DNA of 64,000 nt from Acidobacteriota bacterium (GCA_965209055.1 OZ242374.1:3936001-4000000), one strand, 5' to 3'; counted from the first letter of the stretch, positions 1 to 9,876 are shown. Notes: generated by a model from the letters alone, not told the origin. Made by a program: numbers and translations.

Positions 1-2
1 CG

Positions 3-683
3 GCTTTACTGCTCATCTCCATCGGGTGCGGGGGGATGGAATCGATGCCGACGACCACGGAGCGGATCAACACTTTCGACGCCGGCCGGGAGAGCTGGCA
101 GATCTACGACTACAACGGCGGAAGCGGCAACGAGAACGTCTTTTTCCTGACCAGTTGGGAAGAGACCGGTGGGGTGGGGAATTCCGGCTATGTCTGGGGG
201 GACGACTCCCGGTGGCGGATCGATACCCCGGAGGACCCCCATTCGATCCTGCCTCTGATCCTCTATCACCGGTGGATTGCCGAGGACCTGGAGGAAGGTC
301 CGAGTACGACTCCCCGGCCCACGGGATTTCGCCAGGAGGAAGCCCTCGACCTGCGGGGCGCCCGCGTGTCGGTTCACCTTCGAGGCGACGACCTGGATCT
401 GAAGGGCGCCCGGTGCTTTTTCTGGGTCCACTCCGGCGGCACGCGGTGGCACTACACAGGCCGGCCTCTCAAGATCCAGCAGGGGGAATGGGGCCCGCCC
501 GAGCACTTCGTCCTGGTCAACGACGAATCGCTCTGGCACCGGAGTTGGGCCCCGTCCATGACCTCCCTGAACGATCTGCTCAAGAACAGCGCCAGCTACG
601 GGTTTTCTTTCGTAGGGTTCTCGGAAGAGGTGACGGGTAAGCTCTCCATGGACCAGTTCGAACTCCATCTGGCGGGTCGGTAG
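3..683 (+). CDS. Hypothetical lipoprotein, 5'-truncated by the window edge
   Basis: The frame of the 36..683 ORF is open back to nt 3 and reads ALLLISIGC-GG-MESM, a hydrophobic stretch plus lipobox-like Cys. The Trp/Gly-rich body suggests a beta-sandwich; family not identified. Confidence 0.65.
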   Translation, partial: ALLLISIGCGGMESMPTTTERINTFDAGRESWQIYDYNGGSGNENVFFLTSWEETGGVGNSGYVWGDDSRWRIDTPEDPHSILPLILYHRWIAEDLEEGPSTTPRPTGFRQEEALDLRGARVSVHLRGDDLDLKGARCFFWVHSGGTRWHYTGRPLKIQQGEWGPPEHFVLVNDESLWHRSWAPSMTSLNDLLKNSASYGFSFVGFSEEVTGKLSMDQFELHLAGR

Positions 684-718
684 CCCGCTCTTCTTTGGTG
701 AATCGTTACTCCGGAGTT

Positions 719-737
719 CGGCGGTTGGAAACCGCCG
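719..737. terminator. GC hairpin between convergent genes (terminator or REP-like)
   Basis: CGGCGGTT-GGA-AACCGCCG, a perfect 8-bp stem lying between the stops at 683 (+) and 756 (-). Confidence 0.5.
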
Positions 738-755
738 CTTCGCATCGCCGCTACT

Positions 756-2507
756 TTATTTCTTGTTGCGAATCGATTCCTGCATCCGCTTCCCGAAGTC
801 CTCCCGGCCTCCGGCGGGGTTGGACTGGTGGCGCGGATGTGGGGGAACCCCCATCGCCGGCTCGTTGGAGTCGCGGCCCCAGTGACCGGACCGGTGAGTG
901 ATCACGTCCAGCCAGCGGGCGTTGGCCTGGCGCCGGGCCAGATCGCCGTCGGGATCGGGCAGCGTGTAGGTGTAGGAGTAGAGCTTCGCCCGCTTGAGAT
1001 ACAGCTTGAGGCAGACTCCGCCGTACTGTTCCACGCTCAGATCGTAGGGAGACCGTCCGCTTTTCCAGGTCAGCTTCTGGGCGATTCCGTCTGACGTCAA
1101 TGGAACCGAATCGGCCCGGGTGAAGTCCTGGATCGGTTCCCCGTAGGGCGTGACCAGCTCCGCCTCGATGGAGCCGCCCTCGGCGTCGGCGTTTACCAGG
1201 ATCTCGTAGGCCGGACCCCACGGCTTGGTCATCAACCAGCCCTCTTCTTCTCCGGCGTCCAGGGAGATCCAGTGGTCCTCGGGCATGCGGGCCACCATCA
1301 GCACGCACAGGTCACGGGTCCCTTGGGACAGGTCGTAGGAGAGCCAGTCCCACCAGGTGTGGTTCAGGCGGCTGGCCGTGTAGTAGATCCAGGTCTCGCC
1401 GTCGCGCACCAGGGGGTTCTCGGCCGGGTAGAGCATGCCGCCGTCCTGGTCGCCCGGCTTACCCACAGGCACCACCGGCGAGCGGTCGTCGGGACGATGC
1501 CACGTTCTGCCGTCGCGGCTGTAGGCCAGGGAGATTTCCAACTGGCCCACCTTGCCCCGGGGGTAGTCGGGCGGCTTGTGGTAGGCGCCGTAGGTGGGGG
1601 CGAAGGGATGAACGTAGTAGGGATTGATGATGCCCAGGAAGAAGTTCTCGTAGCGGAAGACCGGCATGTCGTAGATGTTGTAGAGCTCCGGCGGGTCCAG
1701 ATCGTCGCCGGCCACCAGGACGCGGCCCGTGTCCTCCCAGTTCACCAGGTCGTAGCTCTCGTACTGCGAGATGTCCCGCGGAGCGTTGGGTACCCGCCTG
1801 GTCATTAGAACGTATTTCCGGCGGTCCGGGTCGTAGAAGAGGGTGCAGTTGTCGTCGCTGATGCCACGTATTACCGGGTTGACGTGGCGGGGACGCTGCC
1901 AGTGCAGTCCGTCGTGGGAATAGGCCAGGTTCAGCGCCGAGTGGTGCCGGGCCCAGAGCGACTCTTCACCGAAGGTGTTGAAGATCATCTTGTAGCGGCG
2001 GGCGGCGATGTCGCTGGGGTCTTTGATGATGGAGTAGACGAATGTCCGCTTGAAGTCGATGACCATGTTGTGCTCGCGCGAACCGTTCACCTCCACCAGG
2101 CCCAGTTTCGGTTTCTCCCAGTTGAGTCCATCCCGGCTGACGGCGTAGGCCACGCCCCGGGGACCGTCGGACGTCTCCCCCTTCCAGCGCATGAGCGTGT
2201 ACCACATCTTGAAGATCTGCTCTTCCTCGTCGTACATCACCGAGACGTAGTTGAGCATGTCCCGTTCCGTCTCCCAGGGGGCGTCGAGACGCAGCACCGG
2301 ATCCTTGTGCTTGGCCGCCTGATTCACCTTGCGTCGCAAGTTGTGGTGCTCCACCAGGGGGTCGTCGTCGATGAGGAGAAACTTGTAGCGGGCGAACTGC
2401 CGGTCCGGACTCGCAGCCGTTTCAGCAGTAGCCGTGTTTCCGCCAAGGAACGCCGCCGAGACCAGAATCGAGAGCACACTGCGACGGATGCGGGAGAGTG
2501 GGAGCAT
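756..2507 (-). CDS. Secreted five-bladed beta-propeller glycoside hydrolase-like protein (GH32/43/130-like)
   Basis: N-terminal signal peptide; repeated S-x-D-G-x-x-W boxes (SRDGLNW, SHDGLHW, SYDLVNW, SRDGRTW); FKMWY and ETWIYY motifs. Confidence 0.65.
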   Translation of the reverse strand: MLPLSRIRRSVLSILVSAAFLGGNTATAETAASPDRQFARYKFLLIDDDPLVEHHNLRRKVNQAAKHKDPVLRLDAPWETERDMLNYVSVMYDEEEQIFKMWYTLMRWKGETSDGPRGVAYAVSRDGLNWEKPKLGLVEVNGSREHNMVIDFKRTFVYSIIKDPSDIAARRYKMIFNTFGEESLWARHHSALNLAYSHDGLHWQRPRHVNPVIRGISDDNCTLFYDPDRRKYVLMTRRVPNAPRDISQYESYDLVNWEDTGRVLVAGDDLDPPELYNIYDMPVFRYENFFLGIINPYYVHPFAPTYGAYHKPPDYPRGKVGQLEISLAYSRDGRTWHRPDDRSPVVPVGKPGDQDGGMLYPAENPLVRDGETWIYYTASRLNHTWWDWLSYDLSQGTRDLCVLMVARMPEDHWISLDAGEEEGWLMTKPWGPAYEILVNADAEGGSIEAELVTPYGEPIQDFTRADSVPLTSDGIAQKLTWKSGRSPYDLSVEQYGGVCLKLYLKRAKLYSYTYTLPDPDGDLARRQANARWLDVITHRSGHWGRDSNEPAMGVPPHPRHQSNPAGGREDFGKRMQESIRNKK

Positions 2508-2549
2508 GGAGTGGTCCTCCTTCGTTCTGTTTGAAAATGATGACTCGAG

Positions 2550-5500
2550 TCAGAAGTAAAACTTCAGGGCCAACTGGATCTGCCGGGCGGCCAGCGTTTG
2601 GGCCAGGACGCCAAAGCCGGCGGTTCCGTAGAGGAGAGTCTGCTGCCTCGCGTTGACCACAAAGTTGGGCCGGTTGGTGGCGTTGAAGGCTTCCACCCGG
2701 GCCTCCAGCCGTTGAGTCTCGGCCAGACGGAAGGTCCGGCGCAGGGAGATGTCCAGGTTGAAGAGGCCGGGGGCCTCGACGACGCCGCGGCCGGAGTTTC
2801 CATATTCAAACGCTGCCGGCAGAGCGAACGCGCTGGTGTCGAACCAGCGGGCGGGAGTCCGCTCGTGGCCGGGCAGATTCGCGTCCCGGATGCGGTCCGG
2901 CCACTGGGACGCTTCCGACCCGGCGTCCAAGGGGTCGCCGGGCAGAGAGACCGTGCGCCAGCCGCCCTCCTGGAAATTGGCGATGGCCCGGATCGACCAT
3001 CCCCTCAACAACTGTGAGGCCAAGCCGCTCTGGAGCAGAGTCCGGTTGGGGCCAAAAGGCAGATCGAATCCGCCCGAAAGCATCAAACGCACCGGAATAT
3101 GGAAGTCCGCCACTCCCCGGGTCGCCTCCAGAGGCAGATTGCGGGACCGGTAAATTCGCCGGGAAGTGTATCCGGTCGTTCCCCCTCCGGTCTGAATCAG
3201 GCGCGACCAGCTCAATGAGGCCAGCAGGTACAGGCCGTCGGCGCCCGCGGCCTTTTCCACCTGGAAGTGCATGCCCTGGTACCAGGAATCGCCGGCTGCA
3301 AACGGGAAATAAACCGCTTGAAGATGAGGCCAAGGCCGCCGAAGCTGCCGGTCTCCGGTCCCCGGAACCGCGTCGTTCCAGGAGACCGTCTCCAGGAGAT
3401 CGGTCGATCGGGAGCCATGGTAGCCGGTGTCCAGCAGCCAGCGGGAAGTGAATTCGTGCTGGAGGCTGAGGCCCCAGGAATGGGTCCGGGACAAGGGCAG
3501 GGGAGTCTGGAATCCGTAGTGGTCGGGAACGGCCGCGTCCCGGTTCTCGTCGGGAAACGGGTCCGACAAGCGCAGGGAAGGGATCTCCAGAGGGCTGTTG
3601 AAAATGAGCCGTTCGGCTCCGGGCCGGGGATTCCGGCTCAGGCGGAGAATCATGTTCAGGTCCGGCTCGTTGCCATGAAGACCGTATCCGGTGCGCAGAA
3701 CGGTCTTGTCCGCCAGGCGAAGCGACAGGCCCAGGCGCGGCAATATTCCGTCCAGAGGGTTCCATCGGACCAGTGGATAGTTGGGTTGGAAGCGGCCCGT
3801 TTCCCAAGGTTTCAGATCCAGCTCGAGCAAGGCGGGGACCGTCTGTCCGGTCAGGGGATCCAGGTTCGACATGAAGCCCCGCCTTTCCCTCCATGGCAGC
3901 CGCAGCTCGTAGCGCAGGCCCAGGTTCAGCGTCAGCCGGGGGCCGGCCTTCCAGGTGTCCTGCAGGTAGAGGTAGTAGCTGTCCTGATGGAATCGCCCCC
4001 GGGAGCCCTCCCCTCCCAAACGGCTTTGAGACACGTAGCCCAGCAGAAAATCGGCGAAACCGTTGCCCGTATACCGGTCGAAGAAGTTGAACCGGCTGCG
4101 ACGGGACGTCACGTAAAGGTTGTAGTGCCGGCGGAAGTGGATGCCGGTTTTCAGGGAATGGTCTCCTTCCACCACCGTCAGGTCTTGATTCGCCTGCCAG
4201 TTGCCCAGGCTGCTGGGGCCGAGGAAGGAATAGTCGCCGATTCTGGTGTAACCCTGGATCTCGACGATGGGCACCCCGATTCGATCCACGTCGCTCTGCA
4301 GGAGTTCCCGAATTCCCAGATCCAACTCCCTGGCGTGGGAGGATATCCGGGACTTGTAGGGACGGCGGAACCAATGGAGGCTGGTCACGGCCTGGACTCT
4401 CGGGCTCAGGCTGCGAGTGTGGGAAAGGGACTGTCCCAATGTGGCCAAGGGGTGGCGGGTGGAGAAGATGCTGATGGGCTGGGTCGAGGTCCAGTGGTTG
4501 GTGTCCAGGACGAAACGTCCGGCCCAACGGCTCACGTCGGATTGTTTCACGTCGATGCGGGCGATGACCTGCGAATTGTCCAAGGGACTGTGGGAGTCGG
4601 GACTGGTGAAGTTCAGGGCTCCGGGTGTGTTGGGTTCGGGCCAGTAACGGAGGAGTTTCAAGGCGACGGGGTCCAGCCGATTTGCCGGGATCCGGTTTTC
4701 CGGGAAAGAGCCTCCCGTCAACGGGTCCCGGATGGGAACGGCGAACCGGCCCTGTTTTTCGCCGGCAGTCGGGACCACTCCGGTGAGAGGCTTGGTCTCC
4801 CGGATCGCACGCAACTGGTAGGAGACGAAGAACCAGGCCCGGTCCCGCCCGTTCAGCAGGCCGGGAAAAAGAAGGGGTCCTCCGAGAGTGGCCCCCAACT
4901 GGTTGCGCTTGAACTCCGCCTTTCGCTGCTCGAAGAAATTGCGGGCGTCCAGGTTGTCGTTCCGGTGAAACCAGAACCAGCCGCCGTGGAATTCGTTTGT
5001 GCCGCTCTTGGTCACCGCCACGATCTGGCCTCCGGGCCGGATGCCGAATTCCGCGGAATAGAGCCCGGTCTTGACATCGAATTCCCTGAGGGCGTCGGTG
5101 CTGGCGTTGAAGGAGGGGGTTCCGTCGCCGTGAGTGAAGAGGGTGCCGTCGATGAAGATCAGGTTGTCCTTGCGCCTCATGCCCAACACTTTGACGCTGC
5201 GGCTGCGGCTTTCGTGGCTGGTCGCGGCCCCGGCCGCCAAGGTGACCAACTGGCCCACGTCACGGGTATTGACCGGCATGCTCTCCAGCTTTTCCTGGTC
5301 GATCAGTTGCCCCCGGTCCTCCCGGCCGGTCCCCGCCAGCACCGTACCGCTGCGGATCGACTGCCGGATCCCGGGATCTCCGGGGACCAGGAGAAAATCT
5401 TCCTCACGAATCTGTTCCACGAGAAGCCGAATGTGGGTTCGGACCTGGGTTTCGTAGCCTGGGAGCGACGCCGTAATCTCGTAGTGGCCGGGAGGCAGAC

Positions 5501-5777
5501 CGCTTCGCCGGTAGTTTCCGTTGGCGTTGGTCAGCAGCAGGAAGGCCTCGTTGGTGTCGACGCGGTGGATTGCCACCTCAACTCCGGCCGCGGCCTCGCC
5601 GTTTTTCTTGCCCACGTGCCCCACCAGGGTTCCGGTGCCCATCTGGGCCAGAGCCTCACCGGGACTCGAGAAGAGAAAGGCGGGCAGTAGAGCCAGGAGC
5701 CGGAGCTGCTGCGCGCGCCGGCGGACGAACGCCGCTGCACGACCGGAGCGCTGCGTAAACCGCATCTGGGGAATCAT
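2550..5777 (-). CDS. TonB-dependent receptor, Oar-like, with carboxypeptidase-regulatory-like N-domain
   Basis: TNANGNY...GHYEITASLPGY N-domain; YSAEFG, TKSGTNEFHG, NLDARNFF, YLQDTWK, LNLGLRYE; ends RQIQLALKFYF. Confidence 0.92.
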   Translation of the reverse strand: MIPQMRFTQRSGRAAAFVRRRAQQLRLLALLPAFLFSSPGEALAQMGTGTLVGHVGKKNGEAAAGVEVAIHRVDTNEAFLLLTNANGNYRRSGLPPGHYEITASLPGYETQVRTHIRLLVEQIREEDFLLVPGDPGIRQSIRSGTVLAGTGREDRGQLIDQEKLESMPVNTRDVGQLVTLAAGAATSHESRSRSVKVLGMRRKDNLIFIDGTLFTHGDGTPSFNASTDALREFDVKTGLYSAEFGIRPGGQIVAVTKSGTNEFHGGWFWFHRNDNLDARNFFEQRKAEFKRNQLGATLGGPLLFPGLLNGRDRAWFFVSYQLRAIRETKPLTGVVPTAGEKQGRFAVPIRDPLTGGSFPENRIPANRLDPVALKLLRYWPEPNTPGALNFTSPDSHSPLDNSQVIARIDVKQSDVSRWAGRFVLDTNHWTSTQPISIFSTRHPLATLGQSLSHTRSLSPRVQAVTSLHWFRRPYKSRISSHARELDLGIRELLQSDVDRIGVPIVEIQGYTRIGDYSFLGPSSLGNWQANQDLTVVEGDHSLKTGIHFRRHYNLYVTSRRSRFNFFDRYTGNGFADFLLGYVSQSRLGGEGSRGRFHQDSYYLYLQDTWKAGPRLTLNLGLRYELRLPWRERRGFMSNLDPLTGQTVPALLELDLKPWETGRFQPNYPLVRWNPLDGILPRLGLSLRLADKTVLRTGYGLHGNEPDLNMILRLSRNPRPGAERLIFNSPLEIPSLRLSDPFPDENRDAAVPDHYGFQTPLPLSRTHSWGLSLQHEFTSRWLLDTGYHGSRSTDLLETVSWNDAVPGTGDRQLRRPWPHLQAVYFPFAAGDSWYQGMHFQVEKAAGADGLYLLASLSWSRLIQTGGGTTGYTSRRIYRSRNLPLEATRGVADFHIPVRLMLSGGFDLPFGPNRTLLQSGLASQLLRGWSIRAIANFQEGGWRTVSLPGDPLDAGSEASQWPDRIRDANLPGHERTPARWFDTSAFALPAAFEYGNSGRGVVEAPGLFNLDISLRRTFRLAETQRLEARVEAFNATNRPNFVVNARQQTLLYGTAGFGVLAQTLAARQIQLALKFYF

Positions 5778-5897
5778 TTGTCGACCGTGGCATCTCCGCG
5801 GCGCCGTTTCGCACTGTGTGACGGCGAGCGAAAACCGCGCGTCAGTCTACCACGCAGGGGGTGCGGTTCCGGTGCGGACAGCTCCCGGCCGGCCGCT

Positions 5898-7271
5898 TCA
5901 GTCAAAGAGATGGGCCAGGATGAGATCTCGGACTCCGGACGCCGGGACGCCGCCGTCGGGGACAAGTCCGGGTTCCGTGCTCAGGAAAACCGGTCCCTGA
6001 TTCGGATCTTCCGTGGGCCTGCCGTGGGAACCCTGGACCAGGTTTGCGTCCAGCGGGATGAGGTCCATGAGGTAGCGGAAGCCCAGCGCCTTCTGCAACA
6101 GTCTCAGTCCGACCTTGAGGAAGGGAAGCCGGATCCCCGGGTCCACGAAAAGTTCCGCGGGATCGTAGCCCGGCTTGCGGTGGATGTCCACGGTGCGGGC
6201 GAAATCGGGCGCCGACTTATCGTCGAGCCAGTAGTAGTAGGAGAACCACTTGTCGGCGTGGCTGATGGCCACCAGGTCTCCCGACCGCCGGTGATCGAGC
6301 CCCAATTCCCGCTGGTCCTCCCGGTCCAGGATCCGCTCGATGCCCGGAACCTGCTCCAGCAGTTTTCGGACCTGGGACCGGTGGGCCGGGTCCCGAACGT
6401 AGACGTGGGCGATCTGGTGATCTGCCACGGCGAAGGCGGGGCTGGCGCCCGGGTCCAGGATCTCCAGCCCCAGCTCCGGCCGGACGCGAATCCATCCGGC
6501 CTCGCGAAGGACCCGGTTGATGTGGATGGCGCCGGCTACAGGGGTGATCCCATACTCGGAGAGCACGATGACCCGCGTGTCCCGTTCCCGGAAGTAGTCC
6601 AGCAATCGGCCGCAGACGGCGTCGATTTCCCGGACGTCCTGGTGGACGCCGGGATGACCCGGTCCCAACCGCTGGAGGTTATAGTCCAGATGCGGCAGGT
6701 AGATGAGGGTCAGGGCGGGCCGGTGCCACTCCCAGACCCGCCGGCCCGCCCGGGCGATCCATTGGCTGGAGGCGATGCCGGCGCGGGGACCCCAGAAATC
6801 GAAGAACGGAAAGGGTCCGATGTCCGACTCCAGGCGCTGGGCCAGGTCGGCCGGGTGGGAGTAGATGGCCGGGATCTTCCTGCCGTCGGCCGGGTACATG
6901 GGACGCGGGGTCACGCTCCATTCGGCGCTGCTGTACATGTTGTACCACCAGAAGAGCTTGGCGCAGGTGACGCGGGGGTCGCGCCGACGGGCGGTTTCCC
7001 AGACCTTCTCTCCCGAAACCAGACGGTTGGATTGCCGCCAGAACCAGACCTCGGACAGATCGCGAAAATACCATCCGTTTCCCACGATGCCGTGGCCGGA
7101 GGGGGGGAGGCCGGTCAGGAAGGTGCTCTGGACGGTGGAGGTGACGGCCGGAGTCACCGTGCGCAGGGACCGGATGGCGCCGTTTTGCGCCAAGGCGCTC
7201 AGGTGGGGCGTGTCCGGTCCCAGGAGGGCCCGGGTGAGTCCGACGACGTTGATAACCGCGGTGCGGTGCAC
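5898..7271 (-). CDS. eboF: EboF-like alkaline phosphatase / nucleotide pyrophosphatase family protein
   Basis: VINVVGLT, PAVTSTVQSTFLTG, HGIVGNGWYFRD, YLPHLDYNLQR, LSEYGI, VADHQIAHVY, APDFARTVDIHRKPGYDP, GSHG. Same strand as eboA and eboB. Confidence 0.88.
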   Translation of the reverse strand: MHRTAVINVVGLTRALLGPDTPHLSALAQNGAIRSLRTVTPAVTSTVQSTFLTGLPPSGHGIVGNGWYFRDLSEVWFWRQSNRLVSGEKVWETARRRDPRVTCAKLFWWYNMYSSAEWSVTPRPMYPADGRKIPAIYSHPADLAQRLESDIGPFPFFDFWGPRAGIASSQWIARAGRRVWEWHRPALTLIYLPHLDYNLQRLGPGHPGVHQDVREIDAVCGRLLDYFRERDTRVIVLSEYGITPVAGAIHINRVLREAGWIRVRPELGLEILDPGASPAFAVADHQIAHVYVRDPAHRSQVRKLLEQVPGIERILDREDQRELGLDHRRSGDLVAISHADKWFSYYYWLDDKSAPDFARTVDIHRKPGYDPAELFVDPGIRLPFLKVGLRLLQKALGFRYLMDLIPLDANLVQGSHGRPTEDPNQGPVFLSTEPGLVPDGGVPASGVRDLILAHLFD

Positions 7272-7333
7272 GAGGAGCTATTCCGGATCTATCACGACAT
7301 GATGGTGGAGACGGGGCGCCGGATGGGGCTGCC

Positions 7334-7939
7334 TCACGTGGCGTCCGTTCGCTTGAGACTGCCGAGCAATCGCTGCAGACCCGCGACGACCTCGCGGTGA
7401 GCCTTTCCGGGGTCCCCGGCCGAGGCGATCATCAGAGCTCCCTCGCTGATCGCGCCGAGAAGCAGGTGGGCCATCGCTCGTACCGGCAGAGGCTTCATCC
7501 TTTCCGCTTTCATGATCGCCTCGAGGCCCCGACTCAGTAATCCCAGTCCGTATTCGGCTTCGACCGTCCGCCAGCGTTCGACACCGAGTACGGCAGGCGC
7601 ATCCAGGAGCAGAATCTGCCGGATTCCCGGCTCGGTGCAAGCATCGAGAACGGCCAGATACCCAGCCTCGAGACGCGCCCAAGGCTCCGCTTCGGCGTCC
7701 ACCGCCGCCTGGATGTGCCCGGCCATCTCGCGCTCCGACGCCTCCACGACGGCGACGAAAAGCGCCTTCTTGTCCCGAAACTGATGATAGAGGGCGCCGC
7801 GGGTGACGCCGGCTCGACGGACGATCTCCTCCGTACCCGTCCCCGCATAGCCCTTCGCTTCAAAAAGTTTCCGCGCTACGCGGACGATCTCTCCGCGCGT
7901 CTTCTCGGACTGAAGGGCTTTTTTGGTCTTTACATGCAT
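7334..7939 (-). CDS. TetR/AcrR family transcriptional regulator
   Basis: HTH: ARKLFEAKGYAGTGTEEIVRRAGVTRGALYHQFRDKKALF; C-terminal LLDAPAVLG. Start taken at ATG 7939 (MHVKTKK) rather than the ORF-track 7999. Confidence 0.93.
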   Translation of the reverse strand: MHVKTKKALQSEKTRGEIVRVARKLFEAKGYAGTGTEEIVRRAGVTRGALYHQFRDKKALFVAVVEASEREMAGHIQAAVDAEAEPWARLEAGYLAVLDACTEPGIRQILLLDAPAVLGVERWRTVEAEYGLGLLSRGLEAIMKAERMKPLPVRAMAHLLLGAISEGALMIASAGDPGKAHREVVAGLQRLLGSLKRTDAT

Positions 7940-7974
7940 ACAGTCTGTATGTATAATGCGTACAGGCTGTATGC
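7929..7974 (+). promoter_or_regulatory. Sigma70-type promoter of the biosynthetic operon overlapped by two palindromic operators
   Basis: TTTACA (7929-34)-17 nt-TATAAT (7952-57). Palindromes CATACAG-T-CTGTATG (7937-51) and GCGTACAG-G-CTGTATGC (7958-74). GGAG RBS at 8001 before ATG 8011. Confidence 0.8.
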
Positions 7975-8010
7975 TATCGCAAGCGGAGTCAGGAATCAAC
8001 GGAGTTATCG

Positions 8011-9876
8011 ATGATGAATGGATCTGTGTCCGGTGTGGTCATTGCCGCCATCAGCGAGGTCGTGCCCGATCTCGAGGTGAGCAATGAGTTCTTGCTTCAA
8101 GAGGGACGGCTGGTTCGGCCGCGCGCCCAGCGCGCCCTGGAGAAAATGGGCGTGGAAGGCCGAAGGCAATTCTCGGCCGAGCATTCGGATCCGATGGAAC
8201 TGCTTGAGGTCTGCGCCCGGCGATGCCTCGACCCTTACGGACCGGACGAAATCGGTCTGATCGCCACTTCCACCTGCAGCATCAAACGGCCCTCAGCCCG
8301 TCTCGTTCCCAATCCGGCATCCGATCTTCGCGTGCGCCTGGGATTGCCCAATGCGGGCACGTTGAGCTCGTATGGCGGCTGCACCTCTTTTCTCGGTCTC
8401 CTCGGCGCGGCTGCGGACTTTGTTCGGCTGAATCAACTCGCTGCGTTCGTCGGCGTCGTCGAATTGGATAACCGGAATGTTCCCACTGGGGTTCCCCGCT
8501 ATCTATTTGGCGATGGATGCGTAGGAGTGCTGCTGAGACCATCCGAGGAGCCGGATTCGGGATTCGTCGCGTACGACCGGCGCACGGGAACCGATGGCAG
8601 CGCAGAGTCCGATCGCATTGAGCGCGATATGAATGAGGGGCTCGTTTTCCAAAGCTGGGGGCGCTATGCCAACGCGCTATACATGAATGGAGCGGCAGTA
8701 AACAATTTCATCCAAAAAAAGGTCGCCCCGGCGCTGATAGGTTTTCTCGAGCGGTGCAACGCTTCTCCGGACAGTGTCGACGTCTTCGTCCCGCATCAGG
8801 CCAACCTGAGGGCCATTCGGTTTTTGCATCGCCGGTGCCTTCCCAACTCTCTGCTGGTGGAAACGGTCCGGCGCCGAGGAAACAACGCGGGAGCCAGCCT
8901 CGGCATCGCGATGGCCAAGGCCTTCACCGGTCTGATCCAGCGGGGCCAGCGGATCCTGCTGAGTGCCTTTGGATCCGGACCCAACATCGTCAATATGCTG
9001 TACCACGCAACCGGGCAGGAGGTTGTTGTCCGCGAGACGCTTACGCCAAGTGATGCCGGCGCCGGTAACCGGCCGACCGAATGGTTGGTGTCCCCGGGGA
9101 ATGCGGCTCCCCGTTATGCGCTGCTCACCCCGCCGGTTTTCGACCGCTACGAAGGAACCGGGATCCGGGTCCTGGTGGAGGATCCATGGCAGATCGACTT
9201 TTTTACCCGAGTCCTGCCCGGCCCCTGTTTGCTCATCGGCGCCAGCGCTCCCGCATCCGAGACCGAGTTCCGGCTGCAGCGGTGGGCAAACGGTCGCAAG
9301 CGAGAGCGGACAATTCGAACGGAGCCCGAGGTTGCGGGCGACTACGACGATAAGATTCAGGGTTTGCTCCTTCGCGTTTCCCCATTCGATGCGCCCTCCC
9401 TTCTGGACGATCTGCGCCAGAAGGGACGGATCGATCGTTGGATGGTCCACAAGCGACACGAGGCCAACGTCATGTTGTCCGGTGCTGTGCAGGTAGGAGG
9501 GCTCATTCATTTCCTGGCCTCGCCCCTGACAGAGGAGTTCCGGTTTGATCACGAGTCGGGGCATCTACAGGGGATGGCCCTGATGGAGATTGTTCGCCAG
9601 GCAATGATCGCTTCTTCGCATGTCATCGGAGTGCCCCGGGGGTGGGGGATGGTGATGACGAGTTTCCACGCGGATTACCACAAATTTGTCGACGGCGCAG
9701 CGCCCATCATTGTGAGGACGCTTCCCGGTCTCGGTAAGAGTTGGGCGCGACGAATGGAGGACTGGCAAAACAAACGTCCACATCGCGCCTGGGGTGTCGC
9801 CCAGGTCTTCCAGAACGGCCAATGTTGCGTTAGCGCCCACGTGACCGGAATGCTGCGGCCGTCGCCTGCCAAATGA
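8011..9876 (+). CDS. Fusion: FabH/KSIII-type ketoacyl synthase plus C-terminal AfsA-like hot-dog domain
   Basis: KSIII triad motifs GGCTSF, VPHQAN and GNNAGAS, plus LFGDG and AFGSG. C-terminal VHKRHEANVMLS and FDHESGHLQGMALMEIVRQA match AfsA/ScbA-type motifs. Confidence 0.82.
   Translation: MMNGSVSGVVIAAISEVVPDLEVSNEFLLQEGRLVRPRAQRALEKMGVEGRRQFSAEHSDPMELLEVCARRCLDPYGPDEIGLIATSTCSIKRPSARLVPNPASDLRVRLGLPNAGTLSSYGGCTSFLGLLGAAADFVRLNQLAAFVGVVELDNRNVPTGVPRYLFGDGCVGVLLRPSEEPDSGFVAYDRRTGTDGSAESDRIERDMNEGLVFQSWGRYANALYMNGAAVNNFIQKKVAPALIGFLERCNASPDSVDVFVPHQANLRAIRFLHRRCLPNSLLVETVRRRGNNAGASLGIAMAKAFTGLIQRGQRILLSAFGSGPNIVNMLYHATGQEVVVRETLTPSDAGAGNRPTEWLVSPGNAAPRYALLTPPVFDRYEGTGIRVLVEDPWQIDFFTRVLPGPCLLIGASAPASETEFRLQRWANGRKRERTIRTEPEVAGDYDDKIQGLLLRVSPFDAPSLLDDLRQKGRIDRWMVHKRHEANVMLSGAVQVGGLIHFLASPLTEEFRFDHESGHLQGMALMEIVRQAMIASSHVIGVPRGWGMVMTSFHADYHKFVDGAAPIIVRTLPGLGKSWARRMEDWQNKRPHRAWGVAQVFQNGQCCVSAHVTGMLRPSPAK

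Noticed and set aside
7272-7333. Possible target-site duplication or eboE remnant at the left cassette junction
   Set aside because: No convincing direct repeat shared with 15060-15272; the short frame ending HHHVVIDPE does not resemble an EboE C-terminus I recognise.
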